A DNA stretch of 62,833 nucleotides, counting the filler, from Diploschistes diacapsis (lineage: Eukaryota): NCBI GenBank assembly GCA_023645945.1. It is 13 parts of 13 records of this genome, joined end to end, with 100 filler letters (N's around TTAATTAATTAA, not from the genome) between each part and the next. Parts side by side here need not be neighbours in the genome. Positions count along the whole stretch, not along the records: positions 19,524 to 24,271 come from JALAIB010001656.1; positions 24,372 to 29,108 come from JALAIB010001657.1; positions 29,209 to 33,935 come from JALAIB010001658.1; positions 34,036 to 38,761 come from JALAIB010001659.1; 9 more parts are not named here. One strand, given 5' to 3'. Under the pieces are notes generated by a model. The model was not told where the DNA came from. It saw nothing but the letters and a program-made list of their open reading frames with translations, and did no database searches. Of the stretch, positions 23,991 to 35,592 are shown one piece after another. Within the stretch, counting starts at the first letter, position 1. Every line of letters starts with the position of its first letter. A program made the position numbers and the translations under genes.

Positions 23991-24371
23991 GTTAATAGTT
24001 CTACCTGATTAAAGAATACGATTAATAAATTTATGGTTACGAATAGTTAAAGAAGATATCGTTGTTTTACGATATAAGATTTTTTTTTATTTATTATTTA
24101 TGCTTATTTTTCTGAACTTATCGGGCCGATAAAACTAAAGAAAAAAAATAATATTACGATCCAAGTAACTGGACGTAATTATTTAATAACGTTATAATAT
24201 TAAAGGACATTACCCGACCTATCGTTATATATAACTAGTTATATGATTAATAAATAGTTGCCGATAAATATNNNNNNNNNNNNNNNNNNNNNNNNNNNNN
24301 NNNNNNNNNNNNNNNTTAATTAATTAANNNNNNNNNNNNNNNNNNNNNNNNNNNNNNNNNNNNNNNNNNNN

Positions 24372-25047
24372 AAACCCACCCCCACATATTCTCCCCCTTC
24401 CCGATCATGGCAACACGGCCGTACTCTACCCAGGCGACGTAAACGATGTGGTTGAATGTCTCCGGATGGAACAAGCTCTCACTCAGGCCGAAAATCATGC
24501 CCGGCGCCAGTATCAGCGCGTCGACGCCCTCCTTCTCCGCCGCCGCTACCATGGCCCGCTCGACCGCGACGTGTAGCCGGTCCGCGGGCAGCGCCGCCAG
24601 CTCGGCGACCGAGTCCCGGTCGGAATACACCTTTGGATCGGCACCGCCGTCGACGTAGGCTGGATCGACCAGGTTCGCGGAGCCGGAGACTTGGATGAGC
24701 ACGGGCTTTGGGCGGGAGGCGTTGGATGCGGCGGCCTCCTTGGTGCCGCGCGCGACGCCCTCGACGATGGAGAGGATGCCCGCCTCGTGGTCGCAGTCTG
24801 CGCACTGGATCACGATGTCGGCCTTGGAGGCTTCGCCCACGAGGGTGGAGTGCGAGTCGAGGTCACCGGTGACGGTGTGCAGGGAGGGATAGGCGGAGGT
24901 GAGTTTGGCGGACTGCGCGGAGGTGCGGACCAGAGCGGTGATCTGGGGGGTGGGGGAGAGCGAGAGGAGGGCGAGGAGGAGTTGCCCGCCGAGGTAGCCG
25001 GTTGCGCCGGTGAGGAAGATCTTGGGGGAGTGGGTGGATGCTGCCAT
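24372..25047 (-). CDS. NAD(P)-binding epimerase/dehydratase-like protein, 3' truncated
   Basis: KIFLTGATGYLGG, TALVR, VTGDLD, ADIVIQCADCDH, IGKGENMWGWV; ATG at 25047. Confidence 0.88.
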
Positions 25048-26922
25048 TGTTGCGCTTGCTGGTCGTTCTTGGTGTGATGTGGTGTTTGGTTTCGAGGGCA
25101 AGGGGTGGGATAGGTGCGTTTTTGAAGGAGGTGGATGCTTGGTGTTTTGAGCTGTGGAGTCAAGGTTTATAAAGCCTTTGCCTGCTGCTGCTTGCTGCCT
25201 GCTGTGTTGAGAATAAAGCAACGATACTGGACCTGGGGCAGGTAGTCGGCGGTCTTATATAGCCATCCTCACCTATACGCCTGCATACCTCTCACAGATC
25301 AATTACAAATACACCTACACTTCACCAGCGAACCCCCCCCATCCCGAAACATATCCACTACATCCTACAACAAGCCATCGTCCTGGACGTACCCCTAGTT
25401 GATCATGCATGGATTATTCAGACCACGGACCCCTTGGCTGCACTAGTGTCTAGTGCGTACGCCGGAGCTACGGGGTCGTTGAAATCGTGGGAAACGACCC
25501 CTTCCGCCTTCAGACTCTGTAGCCAAAGGGGATCAGCGCGGAGCTAGCGAAGGGCGATGCGAACGCTAAATGAGAATCTGGGATCTCGAGGCAAGAGCTG
25601 GAAGGGATCAATTAGGTTAGTTAGTCATCCAGTGTTGAAAGAGTTCGGGAGGCTATGAGTTGCTCCGCTATCAACGCACGAAATCCTCCGTTGTTTTCTT
25701 AAGTGAATGTAGCTTGGAGGTGATGAAAAGGGGATTCGTAAGCGGACGGAAAGCGGCCGAACTGAGATCGGGTCCTGGACCAATGCTTGCCCGGATCCGT
25801 CCTTATCTCACTCTCACTCTTTCAAATCAAAAATCAAAAAGCTTCAGAACCAAACTTCCTAACACCGCCCGCCGCACGTTGCTCTCGTTGGTATTTATTG
25901 CAGCAGAATTCAAAGCTCGATTCTATTAACTATCTCATTGTCTCACTGTTTGCTCTCTCTCTGTTTTTTGTTCTTCGCCGCGGCGTTCGATTGCTCGCCC
26001 AGTGTATCCCGCTGGTGTATCCATAGATCTTCGTCCTGCTCTGTATTGGTATTCCTCCCCGCGGTTGTTCTGAGGGCTCTGGGTACACGATAGGTAATCT
26101 GAATAGGATTTGTCTCCCACCAAAGGCAGGCATATCCACTAGAACTCTCCCCGCTGCGTGACTCTGCAGCTTGGTACCTCATTTTCTACAAGGAAGGCAG
26201 CCCTGAGGCTAAACGACTGAAATGCTCGCATAATTCGGTTCTCGCTTCCTAATCGGGTTCTCGAAGGCAGGCTGGCGGAATCCTATTGTTGTGCTTCCTC
26301 CCCAAAATGGGGATATCCGCAATGACATTTTTCAAGGAACGTACATAAAGGGGTACACGTATGTGGCTTTCAGAAAAGGCTTGAAGGAAATATCTGATAC
26401 AGCTGGTCAATCTCATGCCTTTCATGGATATCAGTCCTATCTCTTTTATCCCCAGCACAGAGAGACGAGCGTTGAATGTTCCCATGGTACAGCATTGAAA
26501 ACTGGCGGATAATGTGCTCTTATCTTCTTGCTACATCTATCAAAACTCCCAATGTGGATCTTCTCATTCACACCGTCCCCACTCCATTCGAGTTTTCTTG
26601 CAGCCTTTCAGTGATTTCGATGGAAAAGAGGAAAGAAAAGAGTCGATCGTTTCCTTGATAATGGCTTGTTGCTCCACTATGCGTTCCTTGCAACACGCTA
26701 GAGGAGCGCTGGAAATCGCTGGAAAGTCGCCAGCCAGCCGACAGCCAAGACTCGATAGGTTGATGAGAGAATATCGGCAAGTATAATGGTGCGAAAGCCA
26801 GCAGGTCAGTGCAACAATACCAATACACAATACTATTAGACGGTTTCTTGGTAACAGTGATCGTCCCTAGATGTCATCCTACGACTTGTCGGGTCATCCA
26901 ACACGTTAACTACTCATTCAAC

Positions 26923-27744
26923 ATGAACATTATACGCCTCCTACCGTGCCTTCTGTCCCTCCTCGCCCTCTCCACCCCCATCTTCTCAAAAAGAGAGCCC
27001 TTCCTCCGCTCCCCAAATGTCAACCACCCAGGCCCCATCCTCGACCAAAACCTCACCATCCCCGTGCACGACGCCCTTATCCCCAAAATCTGGCCCAACC
27101 CCAATCTGATCCCCGGGAACTACAGCCTCAACCGCACGGACCTCATCCCCGGCTTCACCTACATCCCCCTCGAATATCCGTGGCGGTCCTCGCACGACTC
27201 TCGTCCGGGCCGCAAGAACCACCAGTACTGGCTCACGACCGCCGCGCACGCCTACTGCGTGCACCTCAACCCCGCCCACCGCGAGCCCGCGACACCCTTT
27301 CCCTCCTTCATCGGGTCGCGCTGCACGCGCTCGCTGCGCAGCGACTTCGGGCTCTCCGCCCTCGTGCACACGGACTGCCACGTCAACGAGATCGACTCGG
27401 GCGTGGACCCCAGCGACGCGACGGAGGGGTACCGGCTGCACATGATGCTGTACCGGTGGGACAAGCCGGAGCACTGCCGCGCCGGGTGCGAGACGTGCTT
27501 CGACGCCATGGAGGAGTACGGCGCCGAGGGCGCGTGGTGCGCGCGCAGCTGGAACCTGGCGACGTGCCAGATGGCGCTGCTGAAGAGGGACGAGTACCGC
27601 GCCTGGTGGACGCCGTACGACGTCAAGGGGCGCTTCATCTATTATGGGGACGATATCCAGAGGGCGACGAAGATGCCCGAGCCCATCATGGAGCCGGAGC
27701 GGCTGTTTGATAAGGGGCAGAGCTTTATTTTGCCGAATAAGTAG
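26923..27744 (+). CDS. Secreted cysteine-rich hypothetical protein (~273 aa)
   Basis: MNIIRLLPCLLSLLALSTPIFS signal-peptide-like start then KR; strong GC3 codon bias; 8 Cys in mature part; N-glycosylation sequons NLT, NYS, NRT. Confidence 0.8.
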   Translation: MNIIRLLPCLLSLLALSTPIFSKREPFLRSPNVNHPGPILDQNLTIPVHDALIPKIWPNPNLIPGNYSLNRTDLIPGFTYIPLEYPWRSSHDSRPGRKNHQYWLTTAAHAYCVHLNPAHREPATPFPSFIGSRCTRSLRSDFGLSALVHTDCHVNEIDSGVDPSDATEGYRLHMMLYRWDKPEHCRAGCETCFDAMEEYGAEGAWCARSWNLATCQMALLKRDEYRAWWTPYDVKGRFIYYGDDIQRATKMPEPIMEPERLFDKGQSFILPNK

Positions 27745-30290
27745 GTTTGGGGTTGTTTGGGGAGGTGTGGAGTGCAGGCTGTGGCTGACCAGTTTGTAGG
27801 AATTGTGTTGGTAAGATGGGGTACGGGAGCGTGGCGATGAATACTCGGATTCCTTAGGAGGTTATGATTATTGATGGGCGAAGATGCTACTCGTAGGCTG
27901 CGGGAAGTCCGCTGGGAATATTGGGATGTAATAGCCACGATACAGGCCCCTATGAGCTCGCCTTGTCCAGTGCCTGTCCATCGCTTTCCCTCGTCTCCAT
28001 TGTCCTACTCCCGACCGTCTTTCCTTGGCTTATCAGTAATGTCGTACCTGTGTACGAGACTGAACACTTCCCTCTTCTAAAACCGCGCTCGACAACTCCA
28101 CTGCTTCACCCCCTTGCCCTACCTTGAAGCAGACGGGCCTCATCACCCTCCGTCTCGTTCCAAGCTCATGCCTATTTTCAAGGCCAAAGCTGCAGCGACT
28201 GGACATGTTTTGGGGAAGCTAGATATGCTACCGAGAAGCAACGATTCCTCGCTTGCCTGGCCCTGTGCACTTCTAACCCGCAGATCCAACCGGAACCAGC
28301 TTTGATTCTTGCATCTCTCCTTCCTTAGTCATGAAACCAGGTCCCCTGCACCTCAGGTAGGACTCCGAGCAAAAAATAAAAAATAAAAAAAAATAAACGT
28401 CGGAGCTAGAAGGTCCATACCATGGCTAGTGCCCAGGCTGTTGAAGATGTGCTTCCCATGAGTCTGTTTTTTTTTTTTTTTTTTTTTTTGCAAAAGAAAG
28501 AAAGACTCTGCCGAAAGCCTGTAACGTGCAGCATGGTGGGTGTGGTAGCCCGTCGAGGCTGCTCTGAATGTTTCAAAGGGCTCCTCCCCCGTGGCGCCAA
28601 GATCCTGCAGGGCCATGGAATCCGAACTCGATCCGGCCGGCAAGAAAAAAAAAAGGATATAAAGAGAGAGGCCAGCCACCAAAGAGCAGCAGCAGGAAGG
28701 CACGCGAATTCCGTAGAAACCGCTTCCGAAAAAGAAAAAAGAAAAACACATTCGCAGGACGGGCGTTGTTTCAAGGGACGGTTCGGGCCCTTGCTCGTTT
28801 TTTTCTCTCGTGCATAAGTCGTTCCCTGTAACCACGTGGCGCAAACAGCCCTCGCTGCTCAAGCTCGCCAACCCCCCCCCTCCCATCATCCCCGTATGTC
28901 AAAAAAGCTTCGTCGAACTCCTCACCCTTGCCGCGTTCATAGCGATGGGGTTGACTCTCTGCGCAGGACGTTTTCCATTCCATGTGCATGGCGCATGAAG
29001 CCGAGTCCCGAACGGAACGAGCATTGCGGGACCAAACACCACGAGCAAGATGGCCAGTGAAAGGGGCGGACCATCCGACGCAGCCGATGCTGCCGTCTTG
29101 GTCTATGTNNNNNNNNNNNNNNNNNNNNNNNNNNNNNNNNNNNNNNNNNNNNTTAATTAATTAANNNNNNNNNNNNNNNNNNNNNNNNNNNNNNNNNNNN
29201 NNNNNNNNGGGGTGTTCCATTTATTTTATTATTTTTAATTTACTGAGTAAGTTTAGCCAGACCCCATTTGGAACCATCAAATATTCTCAACAAGCAGAGC
29301 ATGAACAGCAACCGGCAGAAGAACGAACGTAGTAGTACAAGAGGTGCAATTCCCACGTAAGAGCAGTGCCAACAAGTCTGGATGACGGTGGGTGGATGGA
29401 CTATGGATTATGGATTATGGATCATAGATGACAAGAGCAACACAGCCTGCAGAAGAAGAGAGAGGTAAGGTTGATCCTCCAGTAACACCTTGGGGGTAGT
29501 GACCTTGCTTATAGGTTAGTAGCCGCACAGCCAGTAACTTAGCATTAACTTGGGGGCTGTGGCTGGGCACTGATGGATGTGGGACATGACGCTAACGGCT
29601 GGCTTCCAACAAATCATCCAGGTACGAGGTATGTAATTCTTGGTAATTTATAATTTGTGTGGGAGGGGGGAAGGGAACGGGTTTTACTGGCATAATAACT
29701 CCACTCGAACCCATTCTACCACTTGCCTTACCCACGCCCGCTCCAACTCCAACACTCCCCTACTCGCGGCCGTGCAGGTGAATTTCCTTTTCCCTCTGTC
29801 TGTCCTTATGCCTCGTTGTTCACATCAGAGAGGCTTTTCGACTACAGCGGTCCTGGCTACGGAGATATTGGATCTTCCTCGGGCCTGAACCTGACTGTCC
29901 GTTGCCTGATCATTGCATAGCCTTCGCCCCCCTACTCTATCCAAGGCCTCATCTTGCTCGTTTTTGCTCGCCATTTGAACCATTCAGGAGCTCTCCTTGC
30001 GCCTTTCTTCACCACCAACTTGAACCGCTTGCGCAAGGCGCTTGTCTGGTGTTCGCGACCGCAACAAGTGGGATCGCCACGGGAAGTGTAAGGGTTGAAG
30101 CAACCTTTTGACCAATATCGCTGCCACATCTTTGGAACTGTCTACATTGCATGGTTGGGTGGATGATTCAAACAGCATTAATTCTCTCCCGCCAACCCAT
30201 TTCCTCTACACCCCACCACGCTGCTGTTCTCTGCTGTCCGAATCTATGCGGTAGCTAGCCAGAGAGGGCTTCGGTGCAGAGGCCGCCGAG

Positions 30291-32687
30291 ATGAGTGACG
30301 GCTATCGAAGGGTTACCCGAGCCATGAAAAAATCGGAACTGGGCTCTGTCAGGGCGGCGAGGGAACGCCTGGAGGCTGGCATTGAGGACCAGCCCGCTTC
30401 GCCGAATACGTCGCAATGGCCGCCAGCCGGTCGAGGTGCCCAGCATAATACTACAGCCCATAACACCGTCCCTATTCAGATCGATCCGAACAGAGGACTA
30501 CCGCCCCAGCGACCTCCACGACCGAGCTACGTCCCTTCCATTCTTGACAATACACGAACGCAGGAGCAGATGGTCAGGATGTCTAATCAACAGATGCAAG
30601 ACTCGAGGGGTGGCGCAGCGCCACAGCAGATAAAGTACTGGGAACCAAACTACGTTTCATCGCCGCTAGCACCGAGCACGCCGGGTACTGGCATGTCCTC
30701 GAGCTCCAGTCGGGACTCGACGGGGTCTTCGGTGGGGTCGATACCGGAGTTTCCTGTTCCTACCCTCCCAGCGAATCCACCGTCCGGCGTACAGTTCAGG
30801 AGGAACGGGAACTTGGGTCCCCCACCCTCGGCGAGAAGAGGCGCACCTTCATACTACTCCCAAAGCTCCTACGTTGCACCGATCCCCGAAGAATCCTGGG
30901 AATCCTCGTCGCCGGCGCGCCGTGCATTCCCCGGCGAACGCCGTGATCTTCGAGGCTGGAACGACGATGAGCCAGATTGTTATGGAACCCGGGGTCCGGA
31001 AGATGATGGGTCGGACGATCGGGATTCCAGGAGCACCGATCCAGACGACACCACGGGCCTCGTGGGGAAAGCAAGCCTCGGCAAACAGTGCGAGCCAGCA
31101 TTGCCGGTGCAGTCTTCGAGGGAGGCCGCCAGCACGAAGCACGCGGATGGTGTCGGCCGCGCTGCAACGGAGTCCATACCGGTCATGCTCGACGATATCC
31201 ATAATACCACGTTTCTGAGGGGTCCCTCGGAGGAATCGGAAGCATCAAAAGAGATGCTGGCCGAGAAAGAGTCTCCGTCGATGCCTCAGTCGACAGCTGC
31301 GAGACGCGTGCCGGTTGATCCTGAAGTTGAGCTGATCATAAGCGGGCTCGAAAGGGGCGGGGCTCTGAAGAGCGGAACCATGGCTCCAATGATCATCGAC
31401 GTGGACGGACGCTCCTCGCCGCTCCGCGGACCACCGCCTTTGGATCCGGACAGGCCGAGACAGGGTGCGGCCAGAAGCAGCTTGACGAGCCTAACGGACC
31501 TGATACGCCGAGCCACCAGGGTAGCAGCGAACCTAGAAAAGGGCCGAACGGCAAGTCGTTTGGGCACGCTGGACATGTTCAACCAGAGCAACCCGAACCT
31601 CTTGAAGGGAGGGGCCGACGAGCCACGCCGACCTTCGGTATCGGATATGCTAGCTTCCTTCCCTGCTCCGGCCTTGGGAACGCCCTCACGGTCACTCCGC
31701 ACAGAGTCCCGGCCTTCACCTTTCGCCAACTCAAACCTCAACCTTGCACGGGGCTCCAGTCACGATGTGGAGAAGCACGACCAAAGACGGAGTTGCTGCG
31801 GTATGCCGCTCCGGTTATTCGTTCTCCTTCTGTTGTTGCTCCTGGGGCTCATCGCGGCCGCGGTTGTTATACCCATCGTTCTGATAGTCCTTCCGAAGCA
31901 GAACCGATCCCCTCCACCTCCTTCCAACCCTCTAGCGAACTGTCCAGCGAGTCAGCCGTGTTCCAATGGCGGCGTCTCGGTCATTTCCTCGAACTCATGT
32001 CGCTGTATCTGCACAAACGGTTTTACTGGTTCCAGCTGCGCCAATGCCGCCGTTGCTCCATCGGTCTGCACTACTACGGATGTTGCTAGCTTCCAGAAAG
32101 TGACTCTCGGTACCAGCATCCCTCGCTTGTTTACTGGTGCGTCATCAAACTTCTCCGTTCCGCTGAACGCCACCGCTCTACTGTCCGACTTCTCCGCAAG
32201 CGAGCTGGCCTGCGCAGACGAAAACCATCTGGTGTCCTTCTCCAACACCCCCAATCGCCGTGATCTTCCTCATCCGATTCAGGAATATGTCGCGCCCTTA
32301 CCGCGCGTGGCGCTAGCCGCTCGAGTAGCGGATCCAGAGCCGCAGTCTCCAAGCGCAGTTACCGTCGACGGCATTGTATTCAATGGGCAAGGCCCAACCA
32401 GCACAGCCCCGAATCTAGCCACAACAGCGGGCCCCACCCCAACGCCGACGCCCACGTCCTCGTCCAGCGGTCCACTCAGCACGCAACTCGACTTTGCCAG
32501 CGTCGCCATCCTCTACATCTTCCAGCAGACTCAACTTTCCGTGGCCGCCGATGCCCAGACGATGCTGCAGGATGCATTCAATTCCGGCTCGTTTTCAGGG
32601 CCGGTGCTCATTACATCAAACATCACCGTTGATGTGACTCTCATGCGGATCACGATGGGGAACGCAACTGTTGGGAAGATGAACTGA
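30291..32687 (+). CDS. Single-pass membrane protein with long disordered N-region and extracellular EGF-like domain (conserved fungal hypothetical); start could lie further upstream
   Basis: 798-aa ORF; RRSCCGMP then long hydrophobic TM segment; CPASQPCSNGG...CRCICTNGFTGSSC EGF signature. Confidence 0.85.
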   Translation: MSDGYRRVTRAMKKSELGSVRAARERLEAGIEDQPASPNTSQWPPAGRGAQHNTTAHNTVPIQIDPNRGLPPQRPPRPSYVPSILDNTRTQEQMVRMSNQQMQDSRGGAAPQQIKYWEPNYVSSPLAPSTPGTGMSSSSSRDSTGSSVGSIPEFPVPTLPANPPSGVQFRRNGNLGPPPSARRGAPSYYSQSSYVAPIPEESWESSSPARRAFPGERRDLRGWNDDEPDCYGTRGPEDDGSDDRDSRSTDPDDTTGLVGKASLGKQCEPALPVQSSREAASTKHADGVGRAATESIPVMLDDIHNTTFLRGPSEESEASKEMLAEKESPSMPQSTAARRVPVDPEVELIISGLERGGALKSGTMAPMIIDVDGRSSPLRGPPPLDPDRPRQGAARSSLTSLTDLIRRATRVAANLEKGRTASRLGTLDMFNQSNPNLLKGGADEPRRPSVSDMLASFPAPALGTPSRSLRTESRPSPFANSNLNLARGSSHDVEKHDQRRSCCGMPLRLFVLLLLLLLGLIAAAVVIPIVLIVLPKQNRSPPPPSNPLANCPASQPCSNGGVSVISSNSCRCICTNGFTGSSCANAAVAPSVCTTTDVASFQKVTLGTSIPRLFTGASSNFSVPLNATALLSDFSASELACADENHLVSFSNTPNRRDLPHPIQEYVAPLPRVALAARVADPEPQSPSAVTVDGIVFNGQGPTSTAPNLATTAGPTPTPTPTSSSSGPLSTQLDFASVAILYIFQQTQLSVAADAQTMLQDAFNSGSFSGPVLITSNITVDVTLMRITMGNATVGKMN

Positions 32688-34035
32688 GCCTGGCTTTACG
32701 ACATTATGTATATATTTATACATATATACACATCTGTTTGTGCGTTCGACCACCTGGAGCGTCCGGACCTATTCGAGGCATCCTCAACCATCTACCGTGC
32801 GAGGCTATCTTATTCTATTCCTGCTTTACATACTTGGTCGTTTCCTATTTACCGGTTGCTGGAACCTCTCGTCGATTTGGGGGAACCCAGAGCTACTTTA
32901 GCGCTTTGCTATTCGAGATCTCTTCTCCCCCCTTCTCTGTCATATTACAGCCAAAACTGGCTTGGTCGGTTTCCAGCCGTTAGCGCCGCAGCAAATTCGG
33001 CTTGGATAATGCCAGGACTGGCTTCTGGCGGCATGAGAGCGGCGACTTGACTTTTGTTTCTTCTGTATATAATTTCTTGATTGTTGGATTGTTGAGCATC
33101 CGGGTCCTCTTAGGCAAGACTTGCAGGGCAAATGCGCCCGGAAGGATACGGAATAATGTCTCTATACCCCCTGGGCCACGAACGGGGAGGGAGGAGGTGA
33201 TGCGGAGAAGGTTCGGTATCTCGTGGGCTGGCATGGGCCGTGCGAGGTCATGGTGCAGGAGAAGACGTTCGATAATCGGGTAGTTTCAACGACGATATCT
33301 CGGAGATATTCACCATGCGCGTTTCGTGCCTGGGTCATATTGTAGAGATAAAATGGTCAGCGATTCCTTTGTCTATGCTCGCATTCCCAAGGTTCCCCAG
33401 CTCAAGCAGCAAGGTTCTGCTGATGGGCCGAAAACGAATTCACCCCGTAAATACATCTATGTGAGGGCCCCTGTTTTTCACAAGAATCTTTTTTTCATCC
33501 GTGCCTGGCTCTTGAATTCCCGATGGATACAATCTACATATTGCCCCAATAGGACTTTTTCCTTCCATCTCAATGATCGTTGTTGCCGTCCGTAAGTAAG
33601 TCATGTTTCTGCGCTTGACCGCCCGTCCCACGCATACCTAGGACGCCAGGTCCCTTCTACACGTTCCCTTTTATCTGCCATTTTTCATTCTTCATTCTTT
33701 TATCTATATCTATGTGTCTGTGTCTATAGCAATATACACACGTCAGAGAAGCCCTGGAACCGGCTGTGCCCCCCGACGGCCTCGGCACTCCGCACATGCA
33801 ACATAATGCTCTATACTCCCCCTCTGCACACCCTCATTCCCTCCCCCCTTGCCTTTCCTTTCCTTCTCCATCTCCATCTCCAGCTCCAGCAGCAACACCT
33901 TTTCCCCTCATCCCTCATCCCTCCTTCCCCTCTCCNNNNNNNNNNNNNNNNNNNNNNNNNNNNNNNNNNNNNNNNNNNNTTAATTAATTAANNNNNNNNN
34001 NNNNNNNNNNNNNNNNNNNNNNNNNNNNNNNNNNN

Positions 34036-34813
34036 CCACAGCACCCCCCTCCCCTCGTACCACTTCAAAAGCGGCCTACTTGTCTCCTCAAACTTCCGCA
34101 GCCGTCCCCGCCACGTTTCCTCCTTGTCGTCATCCCTCTGCACCAGCCGCTCGCCCGTCACGTCATCCTTGCCCGCCACCCGGGGCGCGTTAAACGTCGT
34201 GTTGTACACGCGCCCACTGCCCGGGTGCACCCACCGCGAGGCGATCCGCTCGAGGATGATGTCGGTGGGCGTGTTCAAGCTGACGACGAGGTTGATGGGG
34301 ATGTAACCGGCCAGCTTGGAGGCTTGGGTCGAGGTGCGGGGAAAGCCGTCGAGAATGAAGGAGGCGGTGGGGTCGTCCGAGACGGAGGCGGGGGAGTCGG
34401 TGGTAGGTGGGGCGTGGGCGACGTCAGGGGATGATGAGGGAATGCTGCTGCTACTAGATGTGGAGGAGGAGGAGGAGGAGGAGGAGCTGTTGAGCCAGCC
34501 TTTTGTCTTCAGCTCGCTGAGGATGAGTGAGAGGATGGCGGCGTCGGGGACGAGGGAGCCCGAGCTCATGATTTTCTCGACTTCGAGGCCTGGATAGATG
34601 TTAGTGGGAGGTGTTCGGAGCGCTCCCGGGACCTTCGGAAAGCTTACCGAGAGGGGTCTTGTTTCGGACGTTTTCGCGGAGGATGTCGCCGGAGCTGACG
34701 GCGGAGAGCTGGGGGAAACGTTTCATAAGACGCTCCGCTTGTGTGCCCTTCCCTACGCCAGGAGCTCCGACTAGGATAATTCTCGCGGCCTTTTTTAATC
34801 TAGCGCTTGACAT
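34036..34813 (-). CDS. ADK2: Mitochondrial GTP:AMP phosphotransferase (adenylate kinase family); intron ~34647-34590; 3' truncated
   Basis: ILVGAPGVGKGTQ P-loop, SSGDILR, GSLVPD, FILDGFPRT, RWVHPGSGRVYN lid, QRDDD. Confidence 0.9.
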
Positions 34814-35592
34814 GATTGCCTTGAGTGGCTGAAACTTTAGGAAGGTCCCAGGATCAGGACTAAAATTGCAACAGTCGATAGGGGAAAAAATATATATATT
34901 GAAAATAGCGGTAAATAGTGTTTACAGGTAACGCCAAAATGTGCCTATCGCAAGTGGGGGGAGCTTAGGAAGAAACGATCTGATACAATCAATTGAAACT
35001 GAAAAACACGATCAAAACTTTGTCAAAAGAGTGATGAGTATACGAGAGAAGGTCCGAAGCTCGAATAAAGGTATTGATAACTACATCCGGGCAAAATGAG
35101 GTTGCCAATGCTGCTGAAGAGGAAGATAAGTGTCGAGGTATGGTGTGAGAGCGGAGAATGTCGGCAACATATGGGTAGAGAGCGGGACTTTGAGGAACTA
35201 CGGATCAAAGCTTCTTCCGTGCTCCATACATTGCCGTCTGCTTTCTGTTTTCGAGCATCTCGTTTCCTGACATTCATTGCCCCTTTAAGCATCGAGTTGC
35301 AGATACCTAGAAAGCTTGTGCAAACTGCACGGATGTTGCACGACCACAATTGGATTGCGTCGATATACTTCATCAAATTCAGGTAATTCCGGTGGGTATA
35401 GATTCCATTTCAAGTCCGAAGGCGAGCCCCTGGTAAGTAGGCTCCCTTGCTTGTCTTCCAGTACCAGTCGAGTCGATGCTCTTTGTCACATTATGCTCTC
35501 AATTCTTCCATTCTATGTGCTACTCGGCTGGTGGCCGAAAGCGGCGTTCATTATCTTGTTTTTCGTGACTGCATAGATTTTTCTTCATCACA

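Larger units (their letters stand above)
19524..24271 (+). mobile_element. RIP-inactivated Ty3/Gypsy (chromovirus) LTR retrotransposon: gag end, PR, RT, RNase H, IN, chromodomain, extended 3' region, PPT, 3' LTR from ~24152
   Basis: IDFRKLN..TIKNRYPIP, KTAFRTRYG, YLDDIL at 21372, IETD..YD..DQELFAI, IMDFITKLSKS, chromodomain-like EYEIKEIL..YLIK*KGY near 23180-23260; many TAA/TAG stops. Confidence 0.95.

Noticed and set aside
25560..26830. Cluster of short ORFs upstream of the secreted protein
   Set aside because: All under 100 aa, no recognisable motif or codon bias; may be a decayed gene but cannot be supported.
28353..29108. ORFs with poly-Lys/poly-Phe
   Set aside because: Produced by poly(T)/poly(A) tracts in intergenic DNA.
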